64,000 bases of DNA from Anolis carolinensis (GCF_035594765.1 NW_026943820.1:5216647-5280646); one strand, 5' to 3'; shown: positions 12,395-24,550, counted from the first letter of the stretch. Notes: generated by a model not told the origin, from the sequence alone. Numbers and translations: made by a program.

Positions 12395-12672
12395 GAGATC
12401 CAATTGGGAGGAGACAGGGAGAATTCTTGAGAATAAGTAACATTACAAACAGTAACAACTAAGCCTTGAAATTCTGTAACCATAAGCTTTGTCACTATGC
12501 CAACCAAACTTCTGCTAAAAACAGTACAACTTCCATATATATGGGGGATATGGACCTAAACTTACCATGTAAACAGAAAACCATGGATAAGAGCAAACCC
12601 TATTGAAATCAGGCATTAACACAGTCACCCTGGAGGACTTAAGAAATTGATAGAGAGGGGATGTCGCCATAC

Positions 12673-12731
12673 CTTCCTCTTGCTGCTGGTGATGGAAGTG
12701 TTGCTGCTGGTGCTCTTTCTGCCTTTTCGTC
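12673..12731 (-). CDS. TERF2: TERF2 exon 9
   Basis: (G)RKGRKSTSSNTSITSSKRK; phase 1 to phase 0; donor AAG|GTATG. Confidence 0.85.
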
Positions 12732-12955
12732 CTGAAAGAGAACCCCATCAGTGTCCACACCTTCTGTGGGCATGGGAAGGCAGTGTCGCGAAGAGAGAGG
12801 CAACCCTTATGCGGCCACTACGCCATGCTCACCCCAAACCAAGTGCCCCAGCAAGCCTTGTGGCTACTATCTTATACCCTGAGCCCTCCTGGCCACCCGC
12901 CTAACAGGACAGTCCACTGGCCATTTCCCTTGCAGTTCACAGTGTGTCTGCTTAC

Positions 12956-13041
12956 CAAAGTCAATGAATAGCTCCTCTTCGTCACTCCAAACCTCCTTCT
13001 CTTCTTCCTCCTCATTTGTGGTGCTGATTGCCTTGGAGGAC
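12956..13041 (-). CDS. TERF2: TERF2 exon 8 (iDDR motif)
   Basis: SSKAISTTNEEEEEKEVWSDEEELFIDF resembles human EEKETWVEEDELF; 86 nt. Confidence 0.92.
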
Positions 13042-13905
13042 CTGGATACAGCAAAAAATGATTAATCTCTTACCCAGAGGACTGGCAAAATATTTAAAAT
13101 GGATTCCTTCCAGTCTGTACAGTCTCGAGTGGTACACACCTCCCATTTTTACAGAAGGCCACCTGAGAAAATCCTTGGGAGGGAGAGACCAAATTGGGGA
13201 CCTCCAGCTAAGAGACAAGTTTCCCTTGGAAGAGCATGATGGCCTCTCCCTTGCCCTGCGGAAGGGCCAGCACTCTCCAGAACAAAGGAGAAAGGGTCTC
13301 TAAAGGCTGGATGAAGGCTGGCCATTCATAACCATTATAGCAGCAGAACAAAGGACAACTTCAATGGGATGATGGGTCATGAGGCACCCCTTTTAACATG
13401 TCTCTCTCCAATACATCATTATAGCATGGCATGTGACTCCACCAGACCACTGAATGTTATCCTGGGCAGATAAAAAACCCAGGAACCATTACAACTGCAA
13501 AGGCCCTTAATGCAGCTTGGACCAAAAAACAAATCAGCTATTCCTATCACAATTGTGTTTCTTGACTATTTTTGCATCGGTTGCACTTTTCCTGGTTAAT
13601 TTGATATTAACTCAGGGCTCTTCCCATCCCAAATTGATCTCCAATGAAACTGCAGCACTTTATCTGTTATCTTGAGTTTACAACTTTTATAATGTGCACT
13701 TTACTTAGTATATTATCATAACCTCACTGTTTTTAATTCCATGTTTTATTGTGTTTTTATTTCTAGAGGTTAATATTTAAATTTTATAATTTGTGTATGT
13801 TTTTGCTCATTGATGTATTGTATATTGTTATTGTTTTTATCTGGTATTATCTGTGAGCCGCCCCGAGTCCCCTTTGGGGGGGATGGAGGCGGGGTATAAA
13901 TAAAC

Positions 13906-13961
<56 letters not shown>

Positions 13962-13973
13962 CTAGCCACCTAC

Positions 13974-14396
13974 TTGGGAGAGGGCCTGGAATCTGCCTTG
14001 GGGGGTTTCTTCTGCGGTTCCTCTTCTGCCTGAAGAGCCACAGTCACCAGCAGCTGCTTGGGCACCATGCGCTTGTCAGTCTTGTCCTTCGAAATGGCGT
14101 TTTCTTTCCCCAAAAGGAAACTACTGATAGTGACTGGGTGATTGCCTGCCTTTGAGAAGGACTGGACTTTGGGCCCCCTTTTCTCCTCCTCCGCCTCTTC
14201 TTTGTCCGTCTCCTCTTCTTCCACCCTCTGACGCTTGGCTCTGTGAGATGCAGGCCTCTCAGTCACCTTGGGAAAAGTCCAGTCCGTCTCGTCCAGTTTC
14301 TGAAAGGTGGCATCAGGGTCCTCGGAGTCTGAGAGGATCTCGAACGCCTGTCTAATCACAGAGAACCCATAGGAAGTTGGTCTCTCCAGTGGGCGG
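13974..14396 (-). CDS. TERF2: TERF2 exon 7 (RAP1-binding and TIN2-binding motifs)
   Basis: RPTSYGFSVIRQAFEILSDSEDPDATFQKLDETD (RAP1-binding-like) and HPVTISSFLL (TIN2-binding-like); phase 2 to phase 2. Confidence 0.92.
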
Positions 14397-14696
14397 CTAG
14401 GAGACAAAGGAATCCTACATAAGCAAGACATGTTTGCCACTTTGTGTGGCTATTGACACCCCAAATCTTAACCTCTTGGAAAATAGTGTGTTTCTTCAAC
14501 TCTAAGTTGCACTTTCCCCTCAAATAAATATCTCTAAAACCAGGGTGCATTTTAGAATTGCGAGCACATGCATATACCTATATCTGTTGGTGGTACTGAA
14601 ATGAGTGTGCATCTTACAAGTGATGGTGTCCTAGAATTGAAGAAATACGGTATATCCATGACTCAAACTATCTTCCCAGCAATACAAACACTGTAC

Positions 14697-15121
14697 CTGT
14701 CTGAGACCCTAACAGGCTCTGCACTGTTTCTGGAGCTTTCCCCACATTCAGAGGCTGGTCTTCTCTCACAGATGTCTCCTAAACAACGCAAAGAGACTTC
14801 ACAGACGTCTCTCAAACAGCGCAAAGTGACTTCTTTTTCACTGGCTGACGGTGAAACCTTGGTGCCTGCCAGGTGGCCTCCCTCCAGCCTCTCTGACTCT
14901 TCTTCAGGCATATCTTGTATGTCAATCTTGAGACCGTCCTTCACAGAGGCCTCCTGTGATCTTTCCCAAAGCGGAGAGCCTAATGCTGTGACCATAGAGG
15001 CCACGTCCTCCTCCTCCACTTCTTTTTCCACCACATGTTCAGACACCTCCATCTCCTCGCTGTCGGCTTCTATGGGATTCATCTGGGGCTCCACCAGCTC
15101 ACAGGAAAACTTTTCAGCCAT
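14697..15121 (-). CDS. TERF2: TERF2 exon 6 (expanded acidic linker)
   Basis: AAG|ATG GCT GAA AAG (MAEK, cf. human MAKK); open for 425 nt to AG|GTACAG; phase fits exon 7. Confidence 0.85.
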
Positions 15122-15322
15122 CTTTAAATAAGGAAAGGCCAAGAACAGAGTCAGGAGAAAGCTTCAACACGTGATCCACTTCTGATATTTAGAAACAGTC
15201 AAATGGGCTTTGGGTTGCCATGCCTTGAGCCAGATGCTGTGCTGTGCATCTGGCTCCCTCTGCAAGATCAGGCTCCTGTTTTGAAGCCTCAGGCACTTAT
15301 AATGTTTACTACAGATGAAGTA

Positions 15323-15714
15323 CCGTATATACTCAAGTATAAGCTGACCTGAATACAACCTGAGGCACCTGACTTTACCACAAAAAACTGGGGAAACTTA
15401 TTGACTCGAGTTTAAGCCAAGAGTGGGAAACGCAGCAGCTACTGGTCAATTTCAAAAATAAAAATAGAAATCAATAAAATTACATTAATTGAGGCATCAG
15501 TAGGTTAAATGTTTTGAATATTTGCATAAAACTAATTTAAGATACTAATAAGACTTTAATGAGATTAGACTGTCCAACTTTGATTACCTATATACTCGAG
15601 TATAAGCTGACCCGAATATAAGCTGGCCAGGAACCTCACTAGAGTAAAAGCCAAGGTTTTTTTCAGTCCTAAAGAAAGGGCTGAAAAACTCAGCTTACAC
15701 TTGAGTATATATGG
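15323..15714. mobile_element. Tc1/mariner (pogo/Tc2-like) MITE
   Basis: TA|CCGTATATACTCAAGT...ACTTGAGTATATATGG|TA. Confidence 0.75.
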
Positions 15715-16187
15715 TAGGTTAGATCCGGGGGTGCTTTGGTTTTATCTATGAATAGATTTTTAATCAGTTTTAAGGGTTTTAACTGTTTATTTTAATGCCG
15801 TTAGTACTCAGTTTTATCTTAATGCTGACATATTTTTAGGCTTTAAATTGTACTGATTTTAGCTGTAAGCCATTTTGATTTTTTATAAGAGAGAAAAAGT
15901 GGGGTATAAATAATAGTAATAATAGAGAAGAGTTGCAAATGTGGCCACATAACACACAATAGCACCTCATCCAAGTCCCACTAATAACAATAACCACAAT
16001 AATAATTTTATTACCCGCCTCGCCTTGTGGCTCAAGGCAGCGTACAACACCATGAAAACAAAGAGATAAAACACTATCAAAATACAAGATACCCAGAGTT
16101 AAAAGGCAGGTTAAAATTCAATAATAAATGCAGATTAAATAACAATTCACAAAGCAAAAACTGACTAGTGCCTGAGATCGCACTGAC

Positions 16188-16334
16188 CATTAAGAGTAAG
16201 GGCTCGGAATCCTCAATATAGCTCTCCAGAAGCACCAGGACAGACTGCTGGAAAAACTCAAACGGGAAGCGCAAGATGGCCGGGTTGGAGTGCTCCTTCT
16301 CTTGGATGATGCTGTGGTACAATATTCTCTTTTT
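16188..16334 (-). CDS. TERF2: TERF2 exon 5 (TRFH)
   Basis: KKRILYHSIIQEKEHSNPAILRFPFEFFQQSVLVLLESYIEDSEPLLLM; 147 nt. Confidence 0.94.
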
Positions 16335-16730
16335 CTGGATAAAGAAAAAAAGGTTTTGAGCACTTTCAAGGGAGTGGATGAGATTAATCAAATTTTCTGT
16401 TACTTTATTGTACGGATTCAAATGTTTTTAATCGTTTTAATGGTGCGGTTGTTTTTATTGTACTCTTGTTTTTAAAGGCACTGCCTATGTTGTGAAGTTG
16501 CCTTGAGTCCCCTCCGGGGTTGAGAAAGGCGGGATAAAAGTGTCGTAAGTAAATAAATAAATAAGCTGTGCCAGATGCATCTCCAGATGAACTCTGTAAC
16601 AAGACAGGGCCGCAAAAGGACTGCTGGAGAGGAAGCCCTGCATCTGTCTAACTCTGGCCCTGCAACAAGGAGGACTCACGCTGCCGTCCATTCCACCCCA
16701 GAACAAAGGGCCAACCCATTCACTGCTTAC

Positions 16731-16817
16731 CAGAGTGCTGGGGTCTTTGGGCTTGTATTTCTTAAGAATTCTTTTGGCTCTGTTGTATTCTTTGTTCTTA
16801 ATGCAAGAAACTACCGC
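16731..16817 (-). CDS. TERF2: TERF2 exon 4 (TRFH)
   Basis: AVVSCIKNKEYNRAKRILKKYKPKDPSTL; 87 nt. Confidence 0.95.
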
Positions 16818-17576
16818 CTGGAGCAAATAGAAAGAAGACAGTCAACAAGGAAGATTTTCTGTGTATTCTCCAAGTCCCAGAATACATTCCATTACATCAT
16901 CATCACCATTAACATTATTTGTATCTTGTATTTCTCCCTGTGCAGAATCGAGGTGGTTAACAACCACACCATTGTAATTATTATTATCATCATCATTATT
17001 ATTATTATTATTTTTACACCCCACCTTTCATCTTCAAAAAATATACTCAAAGCGGCTCGCAACAAAACCAAGTACTATACAATTAATACCTAAAAATATG
17101 CAGACATCAAAATGGAATTAAACATGAACAGTATGAAAAATAAAGTTAAAAACCTAAAAATCAGTTAAAAACCTATTCATAGCTAATAATCATTTAAAAG
17201 AAAAATATTAAAAAATTAAATATTTGTGTGGCTCTAACGTTAACACGTAATAAATAGAATTTAAAATGACATTTAAAACTGACCACCCTCCCAAAATCCC
17301 ACCCACAACCTCCCCATCTACTTCCACAGAAATGTCCCATCGACAATGGAGGGGAAACCACTAGAATCTATTAACATATTTAAAGGACTGAGACAAAAAC
17401 GGTCTAATCCTGGGGCTTCCAGTTACACTGGGAAAAGAATACGACTTTGGGGAAATTAGATCACTCTTTCCCTAAAGCAAAACAGTGCCTCCCAGACCAC
17501 AATCGTCCTCAGGTTCGTTGACAACCGAGCGAGTCAGGCAAATGTGTCTATACAAAAAGGAAATGGGAACACTTAC

Positions 17577-17707
17577 AGCTTCTGCTACTTTTTGATGAAT
17601 TTCTTCAAATTTATTTGCATCGACAGTGAACTCACTGCTCATCTTTTTCAGAAGATGGAGAGCACATTCCAGCGGTGTCAGCTGGGTGCTGATATCGACG
17701 GTCCAGT
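17577..17707 (-). CDS. TERF2: TERF2 exon 3 (TRFH)
   Basis: (D)WTVDISTQLTPLECALHLLKKMSSEFTVDANKFEEIHQKVAEA; 131 nt; donor GTAAGT. Confidence 0.94.
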
Positions 17708-18815
17708 CTGTAGCACAAACAAAAACCTTGTTTTACCGGGAAAATATAATAACCACTTCACAACAGAAGCAATAGGAGCTAGGACAGATTCTGGCTTCAA
17801 CTTCACACAAAAAACGCGTTAAGAACAGGCCAGACATCGTCCTTTTCTTATTTCTCACTTTTGGGCTCTTATATTTGCCATATCAAACCAATCAGAAGAA
17901 ACACTTTGTGAATGTGCAGACATCTAATTAAATCCCAAGTTCAAAATCAACCACAAGGAGTATCTACCAATTTAAATAAGGGACCAGTCCATTGAGTTCT
18001 AAACTCACGTCCTGTGTTTATTGTATTTTAATCTTTGTCCTGTGTATTTCAATATATTTCATTGAAACACAATTTAATACATGTATTTTGCATACTGTTT
18101 AATGATGGTGTGTTTTTAAGCCACAAGAAGAGATGGATAAGAAATAAAATAATAATAATGACCTTTGTTTTCATTTACAGCAAACATAGGCCACATGTCT
18201 ACATTTTGGTCATAATAAGATAACAACAAATTATCGTAATTAAAATTACTTCTACACATAGCTTTCAGAATTTTGAATGTTATATTTAAACCTATTTACA
18301 TGTGCTCTACATATTTTCCTATAAACATAGATTTAAGTTTAAATATCCATTATTAGCAGAATTAGTATTTATGCTCCATGTTCTCTCTGCCAGGCAAACC
18401 CTATATCCCAGGATCTGATCCCAGATTTTCTGTTTATCCCGGATTATCTGGCAGTGCGGACTCACATAATCCCATTTAAAGCAGAAAACCTGGAATCAGA
18501 TCCTGGGATATGGGGCCTGTCTGGATGCGCACTCAAAGCAGCTAATGCTAAAAACCATAACAATGTGGGAATTGTTAACACATATAAACACTGAAATAGA
18601 ATTTAACATAAAAACATTTTAAAATACCTAATTTCTCTTTTGCATGTGCTATTCAAATAAATGCTAAACAGGTTTTACAGAAATCCATATCTACTGTTTT
18701 CCTACTTGCAAAGGTACAGAAAGAGCAGTTCAATGCTCACATGAGAGTTTGGCTCCACAAAAGAGCTTATGTACAAATTGTAGGGAAATTGCAAGGGAGA
18801 TGAAAGAAGGATTAA

Positions 18816-18864
<49 letters not shown>

Positions 18865-18891
18865 TATAAAGCCTTATTTAGGACCACAAAC

Positions 18892-18975
18892 CTTCTTCTA
18901 TCCTGGAAAGTAGTTGGATGATCCGCAACTGAAGCAGAATACTTTGCTCTAAGGCCAGAGGCCTTGCCAAAACCG
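18892..18975 (-). CDS. TERF2: TERF2 exon 2 (TRFH)
   Basis: (A)VLARPLALEQSILLQLRIIQLLSRIEE; 84 nt; donor AAG|GTTTGT with an in-frame stop 4 codons into the intron. Confidence 0.9.
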
Positions 18976-19313
18976 CTGAAGAAAGGCAAGGAAAACAGAA
19001 ACAAAAAAACCATAAAGAATAAACCTAAAAGCAATAGTAAGGTAGATTTAATAGTAAGTGATTACATTTAAAAAGAACATGATTGAAAAATGGATTGACC
19101 AATATGCTAGTCGCAATATAGAAAAAGGCCAAGACCAAGAAGTGGGGTTTGCAGATTCTAAATCCCACTTGCCTTGTTTCCAACAGACCTCACATCGTGT
19201 TAAATACATTTTAAATTTTAAATAGATTATGTAAAAATTGGAAGAAAAGTAATAATCCAGTGATACAGTCAATGGCGTACATGTAAATGATAAATTGTGT
19301 GTATATGTGTATA

Positions 19314-19731
19314 CCGTGTTTCCCCGAAAATAAGACAGTGTCTTATATTATTTTTTACTCCCAAAGATGCGCTAGGTCTTATTTTCAGGGGATGTCTTAT
19401 TTTTCCATGAAGAAGAATTCACATTTATTGTTGAACAACAAAATGAACATTTATTCTATACTGTCATCACAAACCAACATAACCAAACCAGACAAACTGT
19501 GACTTCTGTCAAGAATTTCTTGTTACTACCATTATTTCCATATACTGTACAACTGGTATGTACATTTACCAATCCTCCATGCTATGGTGTTTTGTTTGGT
19601 GGACGCCGGGCATGCTTCCAAACAAAAACTTGCTAGGTCTTACTTTCGGGGGAGGCCTTATATTTAGCAATTCAGCAAAACCTCTACTAGGTCTTATTTT
19701 TTGGGGATGTCTTATTTTAGGGGAAACAGGG
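19314..19731. mobile_element. Tc1/mariner (pogo/Tigger-like) MITE
   Basis: TA|CCGTGTTTCCCCGAAAATAAGACA...TGTCTTATTTTAGGGGAAACAGGG|TA. Confidence 0.8.
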
Positions 19732-20053
19732 TATATATAAAAGCAAGCCTATAGTCAGGGAGGCAGTTTAGGCATTCAAACCACCCCTGGGCCAACCTGG
19801 GCCCTCCAGGTGTTTTGGACTCCAACTCCCACAATTCTTAACAGCCTCAGGCCCTTTCATTTCCCCCTTCAGCCGCTTCCTGCACAATTTGGGGGTTGGG
19901 TGAGTATTCTGCCACTTCACCTAGCAACAGAGGACTATTTCATCCAGCAACAGCGGACCACCTCGCCTAGTACCAAAGGGCCACTACATCCAATGCAAAA
20001 GGGCTACTTTGCATAGCACCAGAGGGCCACTTCACCTAGCAACATATGGTCAC

Positions 20054-20460
20054 AGGGTTGTTGTATGTTTTCCGGGCTGTATGGCCATGTTCCAGAAATA
20101 TTCTCTCCTGACGTTTCGCCCACATCTAACACAGAACACAGAAATGCTTGACCACTCCAACAACTATCATGTCAAACTACACAGAGAAGCCATTAAAATT
20201 CACAAGCATGTGGACAACAACAGAAAAGAGGAAACCATGAAAATGAACAAAATCTGGCTACCAACTTAACTTAGTGTTCATGTGGCCCGCCCTTATTTTT
20301 ATTGTTCTTGCGTTGTAATGTATATTTTCATTTATTGTATTGTTCAATGTGTTATGATTTGTTGTTCTTTTTATATTCTGTTATATTGTATTGTTCTGGA
20401 CATGGCCCCATGTAAGCCGCCCCGAGTCCCGGTTGGGGAGATGGGGGTGGGGTATAAATA

Positions 20461-20513
<53 letters not shown>

Positions 20514-20900
20514 GTATTAAAGAACTCAAAAATCAGAACAGTAAATAGGAAGCAACACTCTGAAAACAGAAGAGTTCCAAGGGCAGTTAATGACTCTGAA
20601 CAAAGGATGCCCCCAGGCAGAAATAGCCAGGAGATGAATCTTTCCAATGCTAATTAAGGTGATTAACTGCAACATTCACACTGGATTTCCAACTGACAAA
20701 GAGTTCTTCTCACACCCTGGACTTTCCACTGAAATCTATTCACCTTCCTTGCTTAGTTTTCTCCATACCTCACAACCTCTGAGGATGCCTGCCATACATG
20801 TGGGCGAAACGTCAGGAGAGAATACTTCTGGAACATGGCCATACAGCCCGGAAAACATACAACAACCCGTGATCTGGGCCATGAAAGCCTTTGACGACAA
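20054..20900 (+). mobile_element. 5'-truncated Penelope-like element with inverted partial pLTR
   Basis: NTEMLDHSNNYHVKLHREAIKIHKH...KEETMKMNKIWLP (end of GIY-YIG ORF); inverted tail copy at 20054-20127; flanking direct repeat CAACATATGGTCAC. Confidence 0.8.
20776..20816 (+). ncRNA. Minimal type-I hammerhead ribozyme motif in the Penelope 3' region
   Basis: CCU-CUGAGGA-U-GCCUGC/loop/GUGGGC-GAAAC-GUC-AGG; intact copies also at 33640-33680 (-) and 34345-34385 (+). Confidence 0.7.
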
Positions 20901-22309
20901 CAACATATGGTCACTTCGCTTAGTGTGAAGGAGCAAAGATGTAAAAGATGTAAAAATACTCCTCTTAATCCAAAGTCAAAAGCAGGAGGCCCCTTTTCTG
21001 TTGAGAGGGCGAGGAAAGATCCCACCAAAGTTGGATTTTCATACTGCAAAAGAACTATTTATTGCGTGGCCATAGCAATGTGACAAATACATGCATACAT
21101 GCAATCAAAGGATTTGTCCAAATTTCCAAAATGGTTGCAAGGGTTTTTATCACCTTCACAGAAATTAGCAAGCATATCCTTATTGGCTTACAAAGATCAT
21201 TTACCCCATTTGTCTAATGTTGTCTACGTCACAAGCATCCTAACCACCATGCAATCCCATTGGTTTTCTATGATGTAACAACTTGTGATTCTTTAGACAA
21301 TGGTGCTTTCATGTTACTGACCCTGACTTGTTGCAAGTGTACGCTCGAAATGGTATGGGAACTGGTTCTGATTTGATGTATTGTTATTATTTGAAAGTAA
21401 CTTCTTTTCTCTGGAACAACTCTTTTCCCAAACATCAGCATTTTCTCTCAAGTGCAGGCCTTCCTCAAACATAGGCCTTTTGCAACTTAGGTCAATCAAA
21501 ACATATGGGACTTATAGTCATTACATGTATCTTTGAAAATTGTGTTGTCGAAGGCTTTCATGGCCAGGATCACAGGGTTGTTGTATGTCTTTCGGGCTGT
21601 GTGGCCATGTTCCAGAAGTACTCTCTCCTGACCTTTCGCCCACATCTATGACAGGCATTTGAAAATTCTTTTAAAACCCACATCCCTCTTAAGTGGAGTG
21701 GTTTGCAACCTGTGGGTCCCCAGGTGTTTTGGCCAACAATTCCCAGAAATCCCAGCCAGTTTCCCCGCTGTTAGGATCTCTGGGAGTTGAAGGCCAAAAC
21801 ATCTGGGGACCCACATGTTGAAACCACTGGCCTGGTGCCAGAGGGCCACTTCACCTGGCAACATAGGGCCACTTAATCTAACGCTAAGCGGCTGAGGGAG
21901 AAAAGAAAGGCCTGAGGCTGTTAGGAATAATAATATAATAATAATAAAACTTTATTTATACCCCGCCACCATCTCCCCAGCGGGGACTCGGGGCGGCTAA
22001 CATGGGGCCATGCCCAGAGCAATACAATATAATAAAATATAAAAACAGCATATCCTAGCATAATTAAAAGTAATACAATAGATAATAATAAACATCACAT
22101 CAAAAAATCAAGAAAACAGTAAAACAAGAGCAGGCCGCATGAACACAAAGATAATGGTGGGAGGAATGGTGGGAGTTGGAGTCCAAAACACCTGGAGAGG
22201 GGCCCAAGTTGGCCCAGGCCTAGTAAATATGAAGAGAATCCGTCCCTTTTCAAACTGAGGAGAAAAGCGCGCCATTTAAAAACTACCGGAAAGCCCATCC
22301 CTGGCTCAC

Positions 22310-22496
22310 CGTAAATGACGTCACGCAACTGTCGAAAGTTGCGGCTGCTTCCTTCCCGGAAGGCCTGCACGGCCCGGTGGCAGTAAAAGAGCAGGGCCCA
22401 GCGGTTCACCGTCTTCTCCAGGCACAAGGAAGCTTCTTCGACCGTCGCCATCACTGTCGCGATGTCGTCACTTACTGCAACTCGGCCGGACTTCAT
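22310..22496 (-). CDS. TERF2: TERF2 exon 1 (start at 22496, or the better-Kozak ATG at 22451)
   Basis: LEKTVNRWALLFYCHRAVQAFREGSSRNFRQLRDVIY matches the first TRFH helices; donor G|GTGAGC; full model 1743 nt from 22451. Confidence 0.94.
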
Positions 22497-22523
22497 TTCC
22501 CGGCATGCTTAGCGGCGGGCTAG

Positions 22524-22539
22524 TGCGCGCGCATGCGCT
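22524..22539. promoter_or_regulatory. NRF1-type palindromic site in the TERF2 promoter
   Basis: TGCGCGCGCATGCGCT contains GCGCATGCGC, ~30 bp upstream of the first ATG in a CpG-rich patch. Confidence 0.6.
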
Positions 22540-23789
22540 ATCAAGTCTCTTCTAGTCTTCGTTTACAGGGATTTATTGGCAGGCCTTCTGGACTTTGGGA
22601 AGAGGCTTATTTTGGGTTATTTGAAAGGGGCCTCGTTTGTCCTTGGATGTGAGGTAATATCAGTTTGGTCATATGTTATGCTATTTCGTAGAAAATAACC
22701 CCAGTCTTTCCTGTTATCTTTTTATGACTGCTCCCATTAGAAAATGCATAAGGATGTGGGTGAACAACAATTCCCAAAAATCTTGGGTCAACCCTCCCAA
22801 AACTCTCCCAGTATTCACAGTTGGCCATGTTGGGTCTGTGTGCCAAGTTTGGTCCAGATCGGTCATCTGCTGGATTCAGTGTTCTCTTAATATGGGTGAA
22901 CTATTGTATATATATATTTTTATATACATACGTACAATATTGATAATAATATTATGACATAATGCAATGTAATACTAATAATACACTATTATAATTGTAT
23001 ATTTATATATTACATGTAATAATATTGCAATACAGTCGTATAGTACAATATAGTAATATATGATGCTTATATAGTGCTTATATTGTGCTATACTAATAAT
23101 ATAATATATTGTATGTACAGTAGAGTCTCACTTATCCAAGCTAAACGGGCCGGCAGAAGTTGGATAAGCGAATATCTTGGATAATAAGGAGGGATTAAGG
23201 AAAAGCCTATTAAACAGCAAATTAGGTTATGATTTTACAACTTAAGCATCAAAACATCATGTTATACAACAAATTTGACAGAAAAAGTAGTCCAATACAC
23301 AGTAATGTTATGTTGTAATTACTGTATTTACGAATTTAGCACCAAAATATCATGATATTTTGAAAACATTGACTACAAAAATGGCTTGGATAATCCAGAG
23401 GCTTGGATAAGTGAGACTCTACTGAATATATAACTTGTAAGCTGCCTTGAGTCCCTTTTGGGGTGAGAAGGGTGGGATATAAACGTTGCTAATAAATAAT
23501 AAATAAATAAACTATAACTCTGATGCCAAGGTCAATCATCCGTAATAATAATAATATTAATAATAATCTTATTTTTGTATGCCGCCTCCCATCTCCCCAA
23601 CGGGGACTCAGCGGCTCACACAGGGGCAAGCCCAATAAATCATATAATATCATAAAATCAACAGTTGAGACATCAAAGAACGCATTTAAAAACAAATTAA
23701 ACAAGTCATGATTTAAAATAGACATAATTAAAATATTAAACACTCATCCAAGGCGTTAAAAGGTCCAATATAGGACAAACAGTAAAGCC

Positions 23790-24245
23790 TGCCTATTCAC
23801 ATTTGGCAATGTTAGGTCTCTGTGCCAAGTGTGGTCTAGATCCATCATTTGCTGGATTCAGTGTTCTCTTAATAAGGGTGAACTATAACTCTCTGATGCC
23901 AAGGTCAATCACCCCAAGTTGTCAGCGTTGGATCTGTGTGCCAAGTTTGGTCCAGATCAGTCATTGGTAGGGTTCAGAGGGCTCATGGAATACAGATGGA
24001 CTATAATTCCCAGAATTTAATGTCAATCGCCCTCAAAGTCTACCAGTGTTCCCAGTTGGCCATGTTGAATATGATTGCCAAGTCTGGTCCACATCCGTCA
24101 TCAGATGGGTTCAGCATTCTCTGAATACGGGTGAACTATAACTCCTGGATGTCAAGGTCAGTCACTCCCAAATTTGCACACTGGCAGGATTTGGGGGTGA
24201 TTGACCTTGACATCCAGGAGTTATAGTTCACCCGTATTCAGAGAA
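23790..24245. repeat. Degenerate ~125-bp tandem repeat ending in a long fold-back
   Basis: TGTGCCAAGTTTGGTCCAGATC...GGGTGAACTATAACTC units; a related unit at ~22745-22905. Confidence 0.65.
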
Positions 24246-24550
24246 CGCTTTTTTTTCGTGTCATGAGCGACTTGAGAAACTGCAAGTTGCTTCTGGTGTG
24301 AGAAAATTGGCTGTCTGCAAGGATGTTGCCCAGGGGATGCCCGGAGAACGCTGAAGCCATCTGATGCATATAGATGCACTCTTAGTGCTGGACTCTCAGA
24401 TTCACCAGCCCTAAAATTACAGCTAAAAGCACATAGATGTAAAAACATACCCAAAGTTACGGACATCGCAGTCCGTAACTCCCATCATCCCCTGATATTG
24501 TAATTAGGGAGAGCCTGGGATTTGCATCTCATCTGCTCAGCCATGGAGAA

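Noticed and set aside
13074-13162. Apparent extra TERF2 exon (WPSVKMGG...ASPL) with a good acceptor and G|GTAAGA donor
   Set aside because: It would leave a ~32-nt intron before exon 8 and break phase; the iDDR exon at 12956-13041 already fits
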